Source: Trichoplax adhaerens (lineage: Eukaryota; Animalia; Placozoa). Taken from it: 64,000 nucleotides of DNA. Shown piece after piece: positions 1 through 13,764 of the stretch (position 1 is its first letter; each line of letters starts with the position of its first letter). The DNA lies in assembly GCF_000150275.1 (NCBI RefSeq), contig NW_002060944.1, forward strand, positions 3,014,152-3,078,151. Direction: 5' to 3'. The position numbers were made by a program, and so were the translations under genes. Under the pieces are notes generated by a model. That model searched no databases. It was given only the letters and a program-made list of their open reading frames with translations, and was not told the DNA's origin.

Positions 1-736
1 CACATTGTTAGCAGATTGATGGCAGTTTAAGTCATCGGGAATATTAAATATTGCAATAACAGTTTTATGACAACAAGAGTCGAATATCATTTCCATTCTA
101 GTCAATGAGCTTGAATTTCATCAATGACAGCATCCATTTCATCAGGCAATATCACTGCTCAACATACAGTATACTGTATAACTGTAATGACTTGCAGTAT
201 TTCTACGCCACTACTAGATCAAATGACCTTTGCGATCATTCTAATTAGCTATCTACATCGTATCTATTACATAATGATCTTGTTTTATCGCTAAGTTTAC
301 CTTATAGTCTACCATCGTTGTAGCAATTGCCCTTGCTACAGTCCGATTGAACACAATCCTACAGCAAGAGACAACTTTTAGAATCATTAAATCCTGTCAA
401 TGTCAATAATAAGTTGTAAATATCCTTTCGACGTCTCTTTCACACCAGTTGCAATCGATGGATCTTGCTGTTAATGTAGAGAGATACAGTTAGTTCAACA
501 GTTATAAGTGAGAATACAACGCTGGCACTGCAACCTCAAGCAGATCGATAGACCAACCAGTACGAAGATTCCCTGGTGATGATAGGATGTTTACAGTCTG
601 TGCATGTGCAGTATTCACAAGTGCAAAAGCACTAACTGGTTCTAGACTTCTAAATGGCGAATTGTAGGTGTGGTTATCATGTTATTACAGTACCAGGGAC
701 CACTGGCAACAAAGCAAAAAATTCCCCCCCCCCCCC

Positions 737-1110
737 TTTTCCGTAGCAATTTCCCTACCTAATTAAAACCTTTTCCTTTCTGACAGTACTGCACTTATTG
801 GAGGAAAAGGTTTTCCGTAGCAATTTCCCTAGCTAACTAAAGCCTTTTCCTTTCTGACAGTACTGCACTTATTGGAGGAAAAGGTTTTCCGTAGCAATTT
901 CCCTAGCTAACTAAAGCCTTTTCCTTTCTGACAGTACTGCACTTATTGGGGAAAAGGTTCTCCGTAGCAATTTCCCTACCTAATTAAACCCTTTTCCTTT
1001 CTGACAGTACTGCACTTATTGGGAGAAAAGGTTTTCCGTAGCAATTTCCCTAGCTAACTAAAGCCTTTTCCTTTCTGACAGTACTGCACTTATTGGAGGA
1101 AAAGGTTTTC
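737..1110. repeat. Tandem minisatellite, 74-nt unit x5, each unit with an internal inverted repeat
   Basis: 'ccgtagcaatttccct' recurs at 741, 815, 889, 962 and 1036. Each unit contains CCTTTTCC...GGAAAAGG around a CAGTACTG palindrome. A poly-C run (723-736) precedes it. Confidence 0.95.
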
Positions 1111-1809
1111 TCCTCTTTATTCGAGGTCAAAATTTTTTGGACGTTTACTGTCGATGTACCTGTACACAATCTGGTTGGCTTGGTACTACACTGCGTGGTT
1201 ACAGTATGCTTTCCAATAGCGCAAAGTATTATTTTACAAGTTGCTAAAATGGAATAATAATTTTAGGCAAAATTGTAATCCATATGCTCACATGATTATG
1301 CAATATACGATATAGACTCAAAAGCATGTATATATATTGTCATGTACATTATACAGTAGAGTTCACCTTGTTGAAAGCTTTGTGCGCCTTCATGCAGTAC
1401 TTACAATACTGTATAGAATCATAATCATAATAATTACCATGACAAGATTGGAGAACAGTAGATGAATTAATTCTACACAACGGAACTAAAAATAAGGAGG
1501 GTCCTTTGTTAATTGTTACTCAAAAAAATGCTGATTTTGTGCTGTTGTGAATGAGTCCAGGCAGTGCAACCTATACTTCTCGCGCCGCATTAAAATGCCC
1601 ACTAGAATCTACAGTGTAATCAAGATTTGTAGGGTGAATGAATGAATGTAAGGGGAATTGAATGTGGTGTTCAAGATCGTTTAAACAGGTGCAAGCACAA
1701 GTACGCCAAGAGCCAGTATGATATACTCGTACAGTAAATGGTTTTCACCTCACGACGCCTCGTAAATGTGCAGATGGAATCTAGTATTCAAGTAGTGCCT
1801 CACAACGAG

Positions 1810-2900
1810 AATAGGATGCATCCAACGCTATTTCGTTGGTTGCATTCTCGTCAATAACGATAGGCTTGAATTTACTTCATTAATAACTGGTTGCATTGCT
1901 ACATGTAAACCTGCAAAATACGAAATGTTTACCAATGTACACTGTACAGGTACAACTCTACTCTACAGAAAGCTACCGTTGTGCAGATACCCATATAAGC
2001 ATGGCTTCTTCTATACTCAGTACGTACGCTTATGTCGGTATGTAAATTAGAACAGTAAGCATAGGATGCATCCAACGCTCTTTCGTTTAATGCATTCTTG
2101 TCATTAACTATAAGCTCCAATTACTTCATTACTGGTTGCATTGCAACTTGTAAACCTGCAAAGTACGAAATATTTAACTCTGCTTGAAAAAGTAGTGTGT
2201 GCACATATAACATACTTTAGGCATGTAAATCAGAGCAACGAGCTTAGGATGCATCTAATACTATTTCCTTGGATGCATTCTTGTCCATCATCCTAGGCTC
2301 GAATTACTTCATTAATAACTGGTAGCATTGCTACATGTAAACCTGCAAAATACGAAATGTTTAACTCTGCTCGAAAAAGTAGTGCGTGCATATATAACAC
2401 ACTGTAGGCATGTAAATCAGAGCAACGAGCTTAGGACGCATCTAATACTATTTCCTTGGATGCATTCTTGTCAATCATCCTAAGCTCGAATTACTTCATT
2501 AATAACTAGTAGCGTTGCTACATGTAAACCTGCAAAATACGAAATGTTTAACTCTGCTCGAAAAAGTAGTTCGTGTATATATAACACACTGTAGGCATGT
2601 AAATCAGAGCAACGAGCTTAGGACGCATCTAATACTATTTCCTTGGATGCATTCTTGTCCATCATCCTAGGCTCGAATTACTTCATTAATGACTGGTAGC
2701 ATTGCTACATGTAAACCTGCAAAATACGAAATGTTTAACTCTGCTCGAAAAAGTAGTGTGTGCATATATAACATGCTGTAGGCATGTAAATCAGAGCAAT
2801 GAACTTACGATGCATCCAACACTCTTCCCTTTGATGCATTCTTATAGGCTCGATTACTTTATTAATAACTGATTGCATTGCTACTTGTAACTTGTAAACT
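1810..2900. repeat. Tandem satellite, 187-nt unit (about 4 regular copies plus 2 diverged upstream copies)
   Basis: The 'ggatgcatc/ggacgcatc' anchor occurs at 1814, 2064, 2247, 2434, 2621 and (diverged) 2808. The last four are spaced exactly 187 nt apart. Confidence 0.92.
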
Positions 2901-3116
2901 TATAAAATACAAAATGTTCACCAATGTAGTGCCACATTTTACAGTACTTTACACAAAAGTGCAGTGTTTTGTCATCGAGATACAGTAAGATGGAAAAAAG
3001 TAGTCTGTACACTATATACTGTAGTACTGTACATCTTGCGCTTTGAAGAATGGTATCCATTTTGACTGTAAGAGTGAAAAATTGTCCTCTAATTAAGCAA
3101 TTTACGCTGAATATTG

Positions 3117-3642
3117 AAGACACAAATTTAAGATATCGATGTTGACATGGCTGGGCCTACTGTACAATGTAAAGTTAGCTAGGCCATGTCCTATAGTACA
3201 ATTCGGGCGAGTTTCAGGATTTCAGAATGTCGTTGTGCAAATCAGGGCAACGAGCCAATTGGACCGGATAGCCAGCGGTCTGTAGGCTTATTTAAGACAC
3301 GATTTAAGATATCGAAATTGACATGGCTGGGCCTAATGTACAATGTAAAGTTGGCTAAGGCATGTCCTATAGTACAATTCGGGCGGGTTTCAGGATTTCA
3401 GGATGTCGTTATGCAAATCAGGGCAACGAGCCAATTGGACCGGATAGCCAGCGGTCTGTAGGCTTATTTAAGACACGATTTAAGATATCGAAATTGACAT
3501 GGCTGGGCCTAATGTACAATATAAAGTTGGCTAGGCGATGTCCTATAGTACAATTCGGGCGGGTTTCAGGATTTTAGGATGTCGTTATGCAAATCAGGGC
3601 AACGAGCCCAATTGGACCGGATAGCCAGCGGTCTGTAGGCTT
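3117..3642. repeat. Tandem satellite, 176-nt unit x3, just upstream of RAD50
   Basis: Near-identical units begin at about 3117, 3293 and 3469. The duplicated ORFs 3186..3461 and 3362..3577 are offset by 176 nt. Confidence 0.95.
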
Positions 3643-4017
3643 ACTGTACTTTAATTAGTTAATTAGACGAATTTATTATTGTTATTATGTAATACTGTCA
3701 ACACTTCTAGTATACGTACAGTACAGCAACAGTCATGGTCTATACTGTACTGTACTGTACAGAATAGGCTAAACACTGCTTGCACACATTCAAGCTCGAG
3801 CGCCATTTTGCACTGCAAGCACAGTAAATGTTGTAGGTAAATTCCAGAAATTGTGACGTTTACTGCTTGTATTGGTTTCAATAGAAACTTGCTCAACTGC
3901 AACAGTTACTCTCCCAACCAGCAGGCGAAGAAATTATTACCAAGTGGGCTGGAAATAGTTTAGCAATCTGCTGGAAATTAAGTCGATTCTACGGAAGAAA
4001 TCAAATGCAACCAAGCC

Positions 4018-7000
4018 ATGTCGTCGATCGATAGAATGCTGATCGTGGGCATACGTAGTTTTAGCCCGCAAAGTCAACAAGGTGGTGTTATCGAGTTTGG
4101 CAAACCACTAACTGTTATTACCGGTAATAATGGTGCTGGCAAAACGGTAATTGAAGGATAGTATTCCTTTCTACTGTATTGTGCAGTGATAGCAATTCTA
4201 AACATAGTTATTACCGCTTGTTTCTGGACACGATATACTTTACTGTATACCAGCAAAGTCATGAGCTTCTCAGTTCGATATCGATGGGCAGTTTGTCTCT
4301 TTCAACAGATGATACCGATCTCCAATAGTTTGTTACACTCTGTAAAATGACACAGTTTGTTTGCAATAGAATTACATTGAATTGAAAAAAAATGAAATTT
4401 AAATGTTGCTCGACGCTCAACTGCGCCTATCATCATGCGTTACATTGAATAATAGCACTGGGCAGTGTGCATATTCATTATTCAGCTTCTCTACCAATCC
4501 TTTCATTAATGAAGCTAATTAAAGTATATACAGTAAGGTTAATTATCGCTGCATTCTGTATCTAACGCTGTTATGCTAACATTTCTTTTTTAGACAATCA
4601 TTGAATGTCTGAAATATGCAACCTGTGGTTATACACCTCCAAATACTAAAAATGGAGCATTTATTAACGATCCAAAGGTATGGCTAAAACAAAATCTCGG
4701 CTTAAAACAGTTCTTTTATTGCGTTCATTGCAATGAAAGTTTAAAATCATCTTCGAATGCATCATTTTTAATTCGATGAAGCTGCTCTAAGTGTCTCTTC
4801 TGATCAGAGCAAAAACATCTCTAATATAGAACTGTAGTTCATTGTATGCTATTGTACACTACAATACGAAGCCCTGCACGTTATTATTCTAATCTTAGCG
4901 AATATTTATGCCACACTACAGTATCGAGGATAAGTGTACCTGACATTAACGCCACTTTCTACTTACTCACTATATACAAGCTCTTGCTGTAAAGTATGAT
5001 GTTGCTTCCAAATCTAGGCCATTAAATTAGAAACTTATATTACGGCACATATAAGTAGCGCAAATGTAACAATAAATAGATACGCCTCTATAATAAATTA
5101 ATTGATAAAAGTCATTATGCATCTACCTTCGATCGATTGTCTTAGCAGTTGATATTTCGTATAAGCAGATAATTTATGCGACATAATATTTGTCAGGTTG
5201 CTGGCGAAAGAGAAGTTAAAGCTCAAATCAAGTTGAAATTTCATGATGTTAGTGGCAAAAGTACTGTTTGTGTACGCTCTTTGGTAGCGACGCAAAAGGT
5301 AAACAACTTTAAATATAGATAAATGATTAATTGCTCTAAAGTAATAGAAAGTTTTATAATAGATTGATCAGTTATTAATCAATGACTAGCGTGACTAATT
5401 GTATTGAAACGGTCACAATTTGCTGTATATCTTACCATTGATTTCCGCCAACTTGAAGGGACGGAGTGATAGAGTAGAAGTGAAAACATTGGAAGGAACG
5501 ATTAGTCGTACGGAACATGGAGAGGTAAAAAGTGATCTAATGTAGTGGTAAGATGGTATCATTATAAGGCACAAATTATATTAACCTTCGAATGTGACTA
5601 ATTCATTACAAAATTTAGAGAAGCAGTATTAGCTCAAAATGTGCTGAAATGGACCGAGAGGTATCTAATGGATATTTAAGTTTATTTTAAATTTCAATGG
5701 CAGTATTCTGATATACGTATTATACGTGTTTACAATGTTATATATTAAAACGATAAGGTTAAAAACAAGCCTATTTCTTACAATTAGGTACCTTTTCATT
5801 AGCAATGTATATTGTTGTTCATGACTATATTGTAATACTCATGCATATAGATGACTACGCTATTGGGAGTTTCGAAGCCAGTGCTCAATCACGTTATATT
5901 TTGCCATCAAGAAGATTCGACCTGGTTAGTTATTTATTTGGAAGTAATTTAAACAGATGAGTTATTCCCTAACATGTCTTGTTATGAGCATTATATTGTT
6001 TTTCTTATTTTATTATCGATGGCTAACATCAGGCAAAAATGTTTATTTTACGAGTACATAACTGGAATCGGATCTCATGTTAATCTAGGCCTTTGCAAGA
6101 AGGAAAAGCACTTAAAACAAAATTTGACGATATCTTCGCGTCGACTAGGTTGATTTGAATTATTAAGCACGATTACTTACATAATTAAGAATACTAATTA
6201 ACTCGTAAGCTCCACCATGTCTAATCTGTTACAATTCTATTCGAAAAGGTATATTAAGGCTTTGGATGCTATAAAGAAATGTAGCAAGGAACAAGTACGA
6301 CTCTGTTAACCTTTACTTGAGTAAGATACGTCTAGTATAACCTGCTATTATCTTGCAGAACCAATACGTGAAAGAATTTAATACTGAATTAACCTACCTA
6401 CTAGAAAACAAGAAAAAATCTCAAGAAGTAAAAGAATCTTATTTACTATTTAATGGAATAATGTAGATTCCGTAAATAAATGGAATAACATCGTAATATT
6501 TTAAGATAAAAAATTGAAATATTTTCGCTTTACGACAGATTAAAGAAGAATTAGAAAGTACGCAAATGCAGTTGAGGGTTTTGGAAGATAATCTACGAAA
6601 GATTGTAGTAGAGCTTAAACCGCTGCAGGTAGAGAATATGAGCAGTATTATTAGATAAGTTACATTCAGATTATTATATTTAATTGAATGCTAATAAAGA
6701 GTGTAAAATATTACTATTTTTTAATTATCTACAGGAGGATGTTTATTCATTGGAAGACAAGTTACGCAATTATCAAAAAATCGAAAATAACATCGGTATT
6801 ATAAGATAGTATTTTTACTGAATATTTGTAGTTTTAAATATTCTAAATTCTAATCTCGAATTTAGAATCATATAACGCAGTCAAAAAGCAGATACTAAAG
6901 AATCAGGAAAATTTAAGAAGTAAAGTTAGGAAATTAATGCCTGGTAAGCTTGAATATCAAATAAATATATTATTATAAAATGAATAAATATCAAGATATT

Positions 7001-10000
7001 AATTACTTGACCGTTCTACATTCGGAGAACATTTAAAGATGTAATAATAAATAAGCTATCGTCTTATTAAATCACAATTATCGCTAATTACAACCAGAGA
7101 GCTTAAACGAATTGAATGGTCGCCTGATTGAATTTGATAGAACAGTTGCAAACGCCGAAGCAGAATTAAAACATGTAAAAATTTAAAAATTGGAGTTCAT
7201 TTCATTTCATGCAAGAATAGCAAAAACCGCCGTATTTTCATTATTTATAGCAATATTTTAATAATTATTTGATTGTCTGATAGTTAGAAAAACAACTTCA
7301 GAACAAATCCGAGCAAAGTAATCGAGAAAATCAAAATTATCAATCAATGTACAGAGAATATTGTAATGCGATACAAGCGTCAAAGGTGTGTCCCTATTGC
7401 AATATCAACATCTTGTACGATATAGCTCCTTTATGAATTAATTAAAAGACTGCAACTGCCTAAAATGTGGCACTTACGTTAATTTCTTAGACTAACAAAC
7501 AAACTCTTGAAGAATTGGATAATATCATCTTAAAAGTTGCAAGATCGTATAATTTTGCGGGTATCGTATCTTAGAATGTGATAGATGTTGTCCAATAATT
7601 TTAACGTCCTTATAGACATTATTGTATCTGTAGCTCAGTCTCATTAGATGTCTGCTGTCTAAACAGATTTTGGTCAAGCCCCCTTTTCAGTTGATCAGGT
7701 GAAGAGATTTATGGAATGTATGAAACAAAAGTACCGTGCTGTTATGAAAGACGAGGAAAGTGTGAAGGTTTGTGTTGTCTTAATGTAATTAATGTTTATG
7801 TAGCCTATTACAAGTACTTGCACTCCATTACATTAGCGGTGAGTCTTCGGTATAATTATATAACTATTAATTGGCATTATTAGAATGATTACAATAAAAA
7901 ACTCACTGATATCCAAGTAAAGATCACCGAGCAAGAAAAAATGCAGATAAAATTTCAGGAGGCCGAATTGTTACATAAAGCTTCACAGGTATTTTAATTT
8001 TCACAGAAAAATGTCTATCAAAGGAAGTCTACTATAGTTTGTTACATATGTATTATAAGTTGTTATGATAATTAGGTATAGCCGTATAGGTGATGATCAC
8101 TCACTATATTTTTTCTATAATTTCAGGAAGAATGTAAACGGAAAATGACGAAGATAGACAAGGAACTAAATAATATAAGCTTTGCAACATCTGAATTAGG
8201 CAACATTGAGAAGGAACTAAGGCGATATGTTCGTAGCTAATTTTCTGAGCAAAATTGTAAAAGAAGCAAAGTCCTAAATTACTTTTTTATATTTTCGGGT
8301 ACGAAAATTCTTAGGAGCGAGAACTGGATGATGCTAGATCCGAAGAAACAGTCAATGATTTAGAACAAGATATTGGTAAATTGAAAAAGGAAAAGACTAC
8401 GCTTAATGATAAGCTTATGGAACTCAGGTGATCTTGCTATTCAGTAATATTATGAGTACTTAAGTCACCTTGCAGTAAATTAATCGCCTAGAGACTATTT
8501 CTTATAGAAATGAAATGGTGAATTTGCAACGATTTACAAGCCAGCAAGCTAAAATAGAGCACTTAAATAAAGATAAAAATACCAAAGAAAGGGCTATCCA
8601 GCAATTGTTAGTTATGACTTCCTAAACCGTGAATTTCGATGGTTATAATTATTTTATATGATAGTTACTTACAAAACTTTTCCTTACTTAAAGGAAGTTA
8701 CTATATGCGGATGATCTAAATGCAATCTTTGGCTGTATACCGGAACTAGTAACAACAAAGCTTTCGGATTATATTCGGTAAAGTTAGTCACTAGTAAATT
8801 ATTAATTGTATGCTTTAAGTTGTTCTTCAAGCAACTACGTATTTCATATTGTTTATTTCGTCAAAATAACACGATTAAGGGGGAAAGAAGTGGAATTTGA
8901 AACCTTATCACCCAAAATGAAGAAAGCTCAACAAAACTTATCCTCAACAGAAACTTTCCTTGCGATTGAACAGTACGTTGCTAGAGTTAGCATTCCATTA
9001 ATCATGTATTTGTCAAGCTTATTGAAAATTGTTTTTATAGAGATAAGCTAGAAAGAAAACAGAGGACCTTAACGGGTATTTATAGAAAATATTTGAATCT
9101 ACGCGTATTCTGCAATATTTTCAAATATGTTAGTTATTGCTATGTGATGATAAATCCTTTGAGATTTAAAAAATATGCGTAACTAATCCGTGCTATTAGA
9201 ATTACAAGAAAAAGTCTTCGAAATCTGTGGTAACCAAGATTTTGACTTACAACTTGAGAGGCTGCAATCAAGCTTGGAAAAATTGCGAATGTAAGATAGC
9301 TCCTAAATATTTTGTTACGTTCGATTCAAGTAGAAGTCAACTTTGACCTCTTTCTAACTACAGAGAAGTTGGTGCAATTAATGCGTCCCAGCATTTTTTT
9401 CAAAAGTATATCATGAAACTAGAAGAGCAAGATTCACCTTGTCCCCTTTGTCATAGACGATTTGGTAGCCGGAGTGAGAACGCAAGTTTAGTAAAAGAGG
9501 TAATCCAAAATATTTCAGTTTCAGTACGAGTCATCATTGTCCGTAAGACTAACGTTATCTCGATGAATACAAAATATTGAATACCTTTATTTTTTTACTG
9601 TCTCTTGCTACGTTATCCCTTTATGAGTGTACTCTTCTATTTTAAGATACGCACAAAAGTCGAAAGTATACCTTCTAGGCTATCACAGCATAGAGAGAAA
9701 ATTGAACTCCAGCAGAGTAAATATGAAGACTTCTTGCAGTTAAAGCCAGTTAGGAATCAGGTTTGTTGACGATCTTGATGTACTGTATTGACTTATATTA
9801 AAAGGTTACGCTAAGTAATGTATTGTATGAATGATTTAGATAACTGCCCTTGAAGATGAATTACCTGTCATAAGGGCAAAAATTAACGATTACCAAGGAG
9901 AACTTCAAAAAGAGAAAAAAAATTTTGATGATGTGGGAGATATTATCGTTTCGACATGCCTTTTATGAAACAATTAGCTAACAATTAAACGTTTTTGTAT

Positions 10001-13000
10001 TTAAAGATTAAAGAAATCAAGTGCCTATTAGATAACGAGCTAGCGGTTGCTAGAAAAATTGCGCCACAAATGGAAACAATGAATGTGTATGAAAAGGAAC
10101 TGAAAGACTTAGAAAGAGAAATTGTTTTGCAGACAACTCAATTAAATGTGAAAGGTGATTGTTAACTTTTTATATTGCTCTCAGTACGAGTGACAAGTTT
10201 ATTTGATTTTGCAGCTCACAGGATTTCATATTTCTCCTTCAGGTACAGGTAATACTAAACGAAATCTGCAAACTGTTCACAGAGAGCACGAAGAGTTGCA
10301 GTCGAAATGGTGCTGAAACATTTCAGTATAGTTACAATGTCTTTATAATTTTACTAATACTCGTAATCTTTCTAACTGGTAAAAATTATTATGATAGTGA
10401 TGCGTTATCAAGAACGATTGATCGAAAGAGTCAATTAATGCTTCAGCAGCAAAAACATATATCAGATCTGGAAAGAATAGCTAATGACCTGAAGGCACAA
10501 ATGGTACAAATTCCTTGAACTTGGCTTAGTGATATTACGGAAGATATTTAAATCTTTATTGAATGATTATTTTTATGTTTTTATCTAGTTTCAATGCCAA
10601 GTTAAATTGCAAGGTGTTAACCGTCTGCAAGATGAAAAGACTAAATTAGCTGTGGAGATATCTGACTTTGAACGTAAAATTATGGTAACACTACATTTTC
10701 TTGATTCTCATGCACTATATCAATGTAAGTAAGATTACTAATAAATTGCTAATTTGCGGTACTAGGAAGCAAAAAGCCAGATCAAGCCAATAGCGGTTAG
10801 AAAGGAGCAGTGTTTGGTTTAGTGATAAGGCCAAACCTCATGTTTATTTTTAAAATTCGTACAGAATAGCTTAGCAAAACTCAAGAAAGAGAAGTGGGAT
10901 CTAGAAAATCAATGTGAAGAAGCAAGAGAATCATTTCGTGATAAGGTTAAGCAGCAATTTTTACACCTGCACAATTTAACACATTTGTTTGAAATCACCA
11001 CTTTGCAATCATATATTGCCTAAGCATTAAGTTGTTAATGTACTGTTTAAAGTGCTATCATAAAATAACGTTCTAAAACATGCTAAGATTAGGCTAACAT
11101 TTATACTTTTTTTATTATCCTTTCAGTTGAGTGAAGTTAAAGAATTGGGCGACAAAGCGATATCATTAAATCGAGAAGTTAAAAAGTAATTCTTGTTAAA
11201 CTTTGACTAATTTGTAATTCTTGGAGGTAATTAAGTATTTGAAGCTGATTTCGTTATGTACTTTCATATATATTGTGTAGATATAAAGATAGTGGCTATG
11301 AAGCCAAAGTAGTCGAAGGTGAAGGGGAGATGCAAAGAATGAAAGAAATTCTAGATGACCTTGCCGCTACTCGCGAAAGACTATCTCGCAAGATCCAAGA
11401 AAGTGGGAGCTTTATCACTTCTCGAAAGGTATGCATTTATATTTATTTATCACAGAATCAAACTTCGCATTAAACTAGCGGTGATAACGGTAAAATGAAA
11501 TGGCTGAAAATTATTTATACCGTTAAATGCTTGTTCTTATAAATGATCTAATTTGATTGAGTAGTTAGAGAAACGATGTCTTGAAGACAACATTCAGATC
11601 CGCCGTAACGAAAAGGATATTGAAACGTATGAACTGAAGATTATCGAACTTAATCAAGAATTAAAAGGAGAAAATGTACCATCTATAAGAAGGTTTGAAG
11701 TTATTTCCTAATATACGAATGTCTACTAACTTTAATATGATTTGATATTTATTCTGTTTATCGTTCCTTTTGTAGTAATTTACAGAAAATAAAATCTAGA
11801 GAAGCAGAATTATTAAAGGAGGTATTTAAAGCGCTTATACGAATTTCTGATTGATTCTGTCATTAAAAATCGGAATTCTATACTACTTCAAAAGCGATCG
11901 AGAATTGATGGCCTAATGGCAGGACTAAGAGAGAAAATTAATAGCTCTCAGCGAAATTTGAAATCTCCAATGTTTGCGAATGCCGAAAAGGATTTTTTTC
12001 ATAAGCAAATCGATATTACGGTATTAAATTAAGCGAAGAGTTGGCTACTCTTATTAGGATTAGTGTAACATAAAATTTTTTCGTCTTTGTATAGACTACT
12101 GAAATGGTTATCAAAGATTTAAGTCAATATCACAAAGCTCTAGATCGGTACGTAGTAAGATAATAAATAAGAACATTTAGAAAGCTTCGATTATGTTTAT
12201 CAGTACTTTGCATTACTCGGCACGATCAATTTATTTTGATCAAGTACCTTTTATTGACATGTTCCCATAAATTCTTATTATGAAGAGCAATTATGCGCTA
12301 TCATTACTCCAAAATGGTAGAGATAAATAAAATTATTCGAGAACTTTGGATTAACACATATCGAGGAAGTGGTAAGTTTAAAAGTGACTATTTATAGTTC
12401 GAATATATGTAGCAGTTACTAATCTTGGAATTTTAGTTCAATTACGAATTAAAATTGTCATCTCTAACTTTTATGAAATATTAGATTTAGGCAGTACGCG
12501 TTTTAAAATTTATGACTACAATTATTATCATTTTAATAGATATTGACACAATCGAAATACGTTCAGAAGAAGAACAGGATGCAATAGCCGCCGCTGCTCC
12601 ACGTTCGAGAAGAAGTTACAACTATAGGGTACGACTGAGGATTACTGTCAATAAATGATCAGCCAATGCTTTAAATTGTACTATTAAAAAATATTGTTCC
12701 CTTGTAATGTTGTGTAACAGCTAGACAATTTATTGTAAATTTCATTTACTGGAGACATACAGTATTTAAATTATACTTGTATATATAGTACACGTATAGG
12801 ATGCTAGTGGCTTATTGCTGCATATTTATATCAAACTTTGCGGTCGATCGTTATATTCAATTGTCACTAAATTATAATTTAGGTTGTTATGCTAAAAGGT
12901 GATATTGCGCTGGATATGCGGGGAAGATGTAGTGCCGGACAAAAGGTAATTAATTACGGCAGATGATGTTGATTTTTACCAAAAAGATTTAAACCTTGCA

Positions 13001-13537
13001 AATTAATGCTATCTAATGTTTCACGTTACTGCTATGATAATCTAGAAATGTAAATAATGTCTTTCAGATCTTGGCTTCACTAATTATAAGACTAGCCCTG
13101 GCGGAAGCTTTCTGCATCAATTGTGGTATTCTAGCCTTAGACGAACCAACCACTAATCTCGATGAAGAAAATATTGAAAGTTTAGCACAGTCTCTAATTG
13201 AGTACGAATTGCTTGATGTATTTTCTTTTGACTATTCAAATCACCTGTGTTATCACTGAAATATCTGTAAACTTTATTTAATAGTATTTTACACAATCGT
13301 TCAAAGCAAAGAAATTTTCAGTTAGTCATTATTACACATGATAAACAATTTGCCGTAAGGCTGAGGAGATCTGGATTTACCAGCCATTTCTATCACGTTT
13401 GGAAAGACTCCACGTAAGGCGAATAACTTTAATTCAGTCCAATTGGGGCCATATTTTTAATACAGTTGATTTATTTCTCCAGTAAAGGAAATTACTCATC
13501 AATAGAGCAAACCGATACGGAAAATATCCCAGCGTGA
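4018..13537 (+). CDS. RAD50: DNA repair protein RAD50 (about 45 exons)
   Basis: Exon 1 reads [18 protein letters not shown]...[12 protein letters not shown] (Walker A), spliced to TIIECLKY. Also present: [12 protein letters not shown], long coiled-coil exons, zinc hook CPLC (9440-9451), signature [10 protein letters not shown] (~12916), Walker B/D-loop [12 protein letters not shown] and H-loop VIITHD. Stop TGA at 13535-13537. Confidence 0.97.
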
Positions 13538-13764
13538 TGGGCAATAATTGCGAATGATGACGAAGATCAGTATTAATTTAAGTACTGTGGAAGTTTACTT
13601 CTATCTAACTATCAATTTTTTCGATAATGAACAATGGTAACCAACAAAATACAGTAATATTATAAATAGTAGTACAAAGCAATAACTGGATCGTTGTCTA
13701 TCTGAATTATAATACACTAGAAATGGATGTAACATCTAATTTGGCATCAGTAGCTGTTGCATGT

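Noticed and set aside
300-360. Possible minus-strand exon of a gene leaving the window
   Set aside because: AG/GT borders are present, but the peptide is too short to identify or support.
737-1110. CRISPR-like array
   Set aside because: Units repeat in full with no unique spacers, the context is eukaryotic, and no cas genes are present.
3186-3577. Twin ORFs MSYSTIRA...
   Set aside because: Artefacts of the 176-nt tandem repeat.
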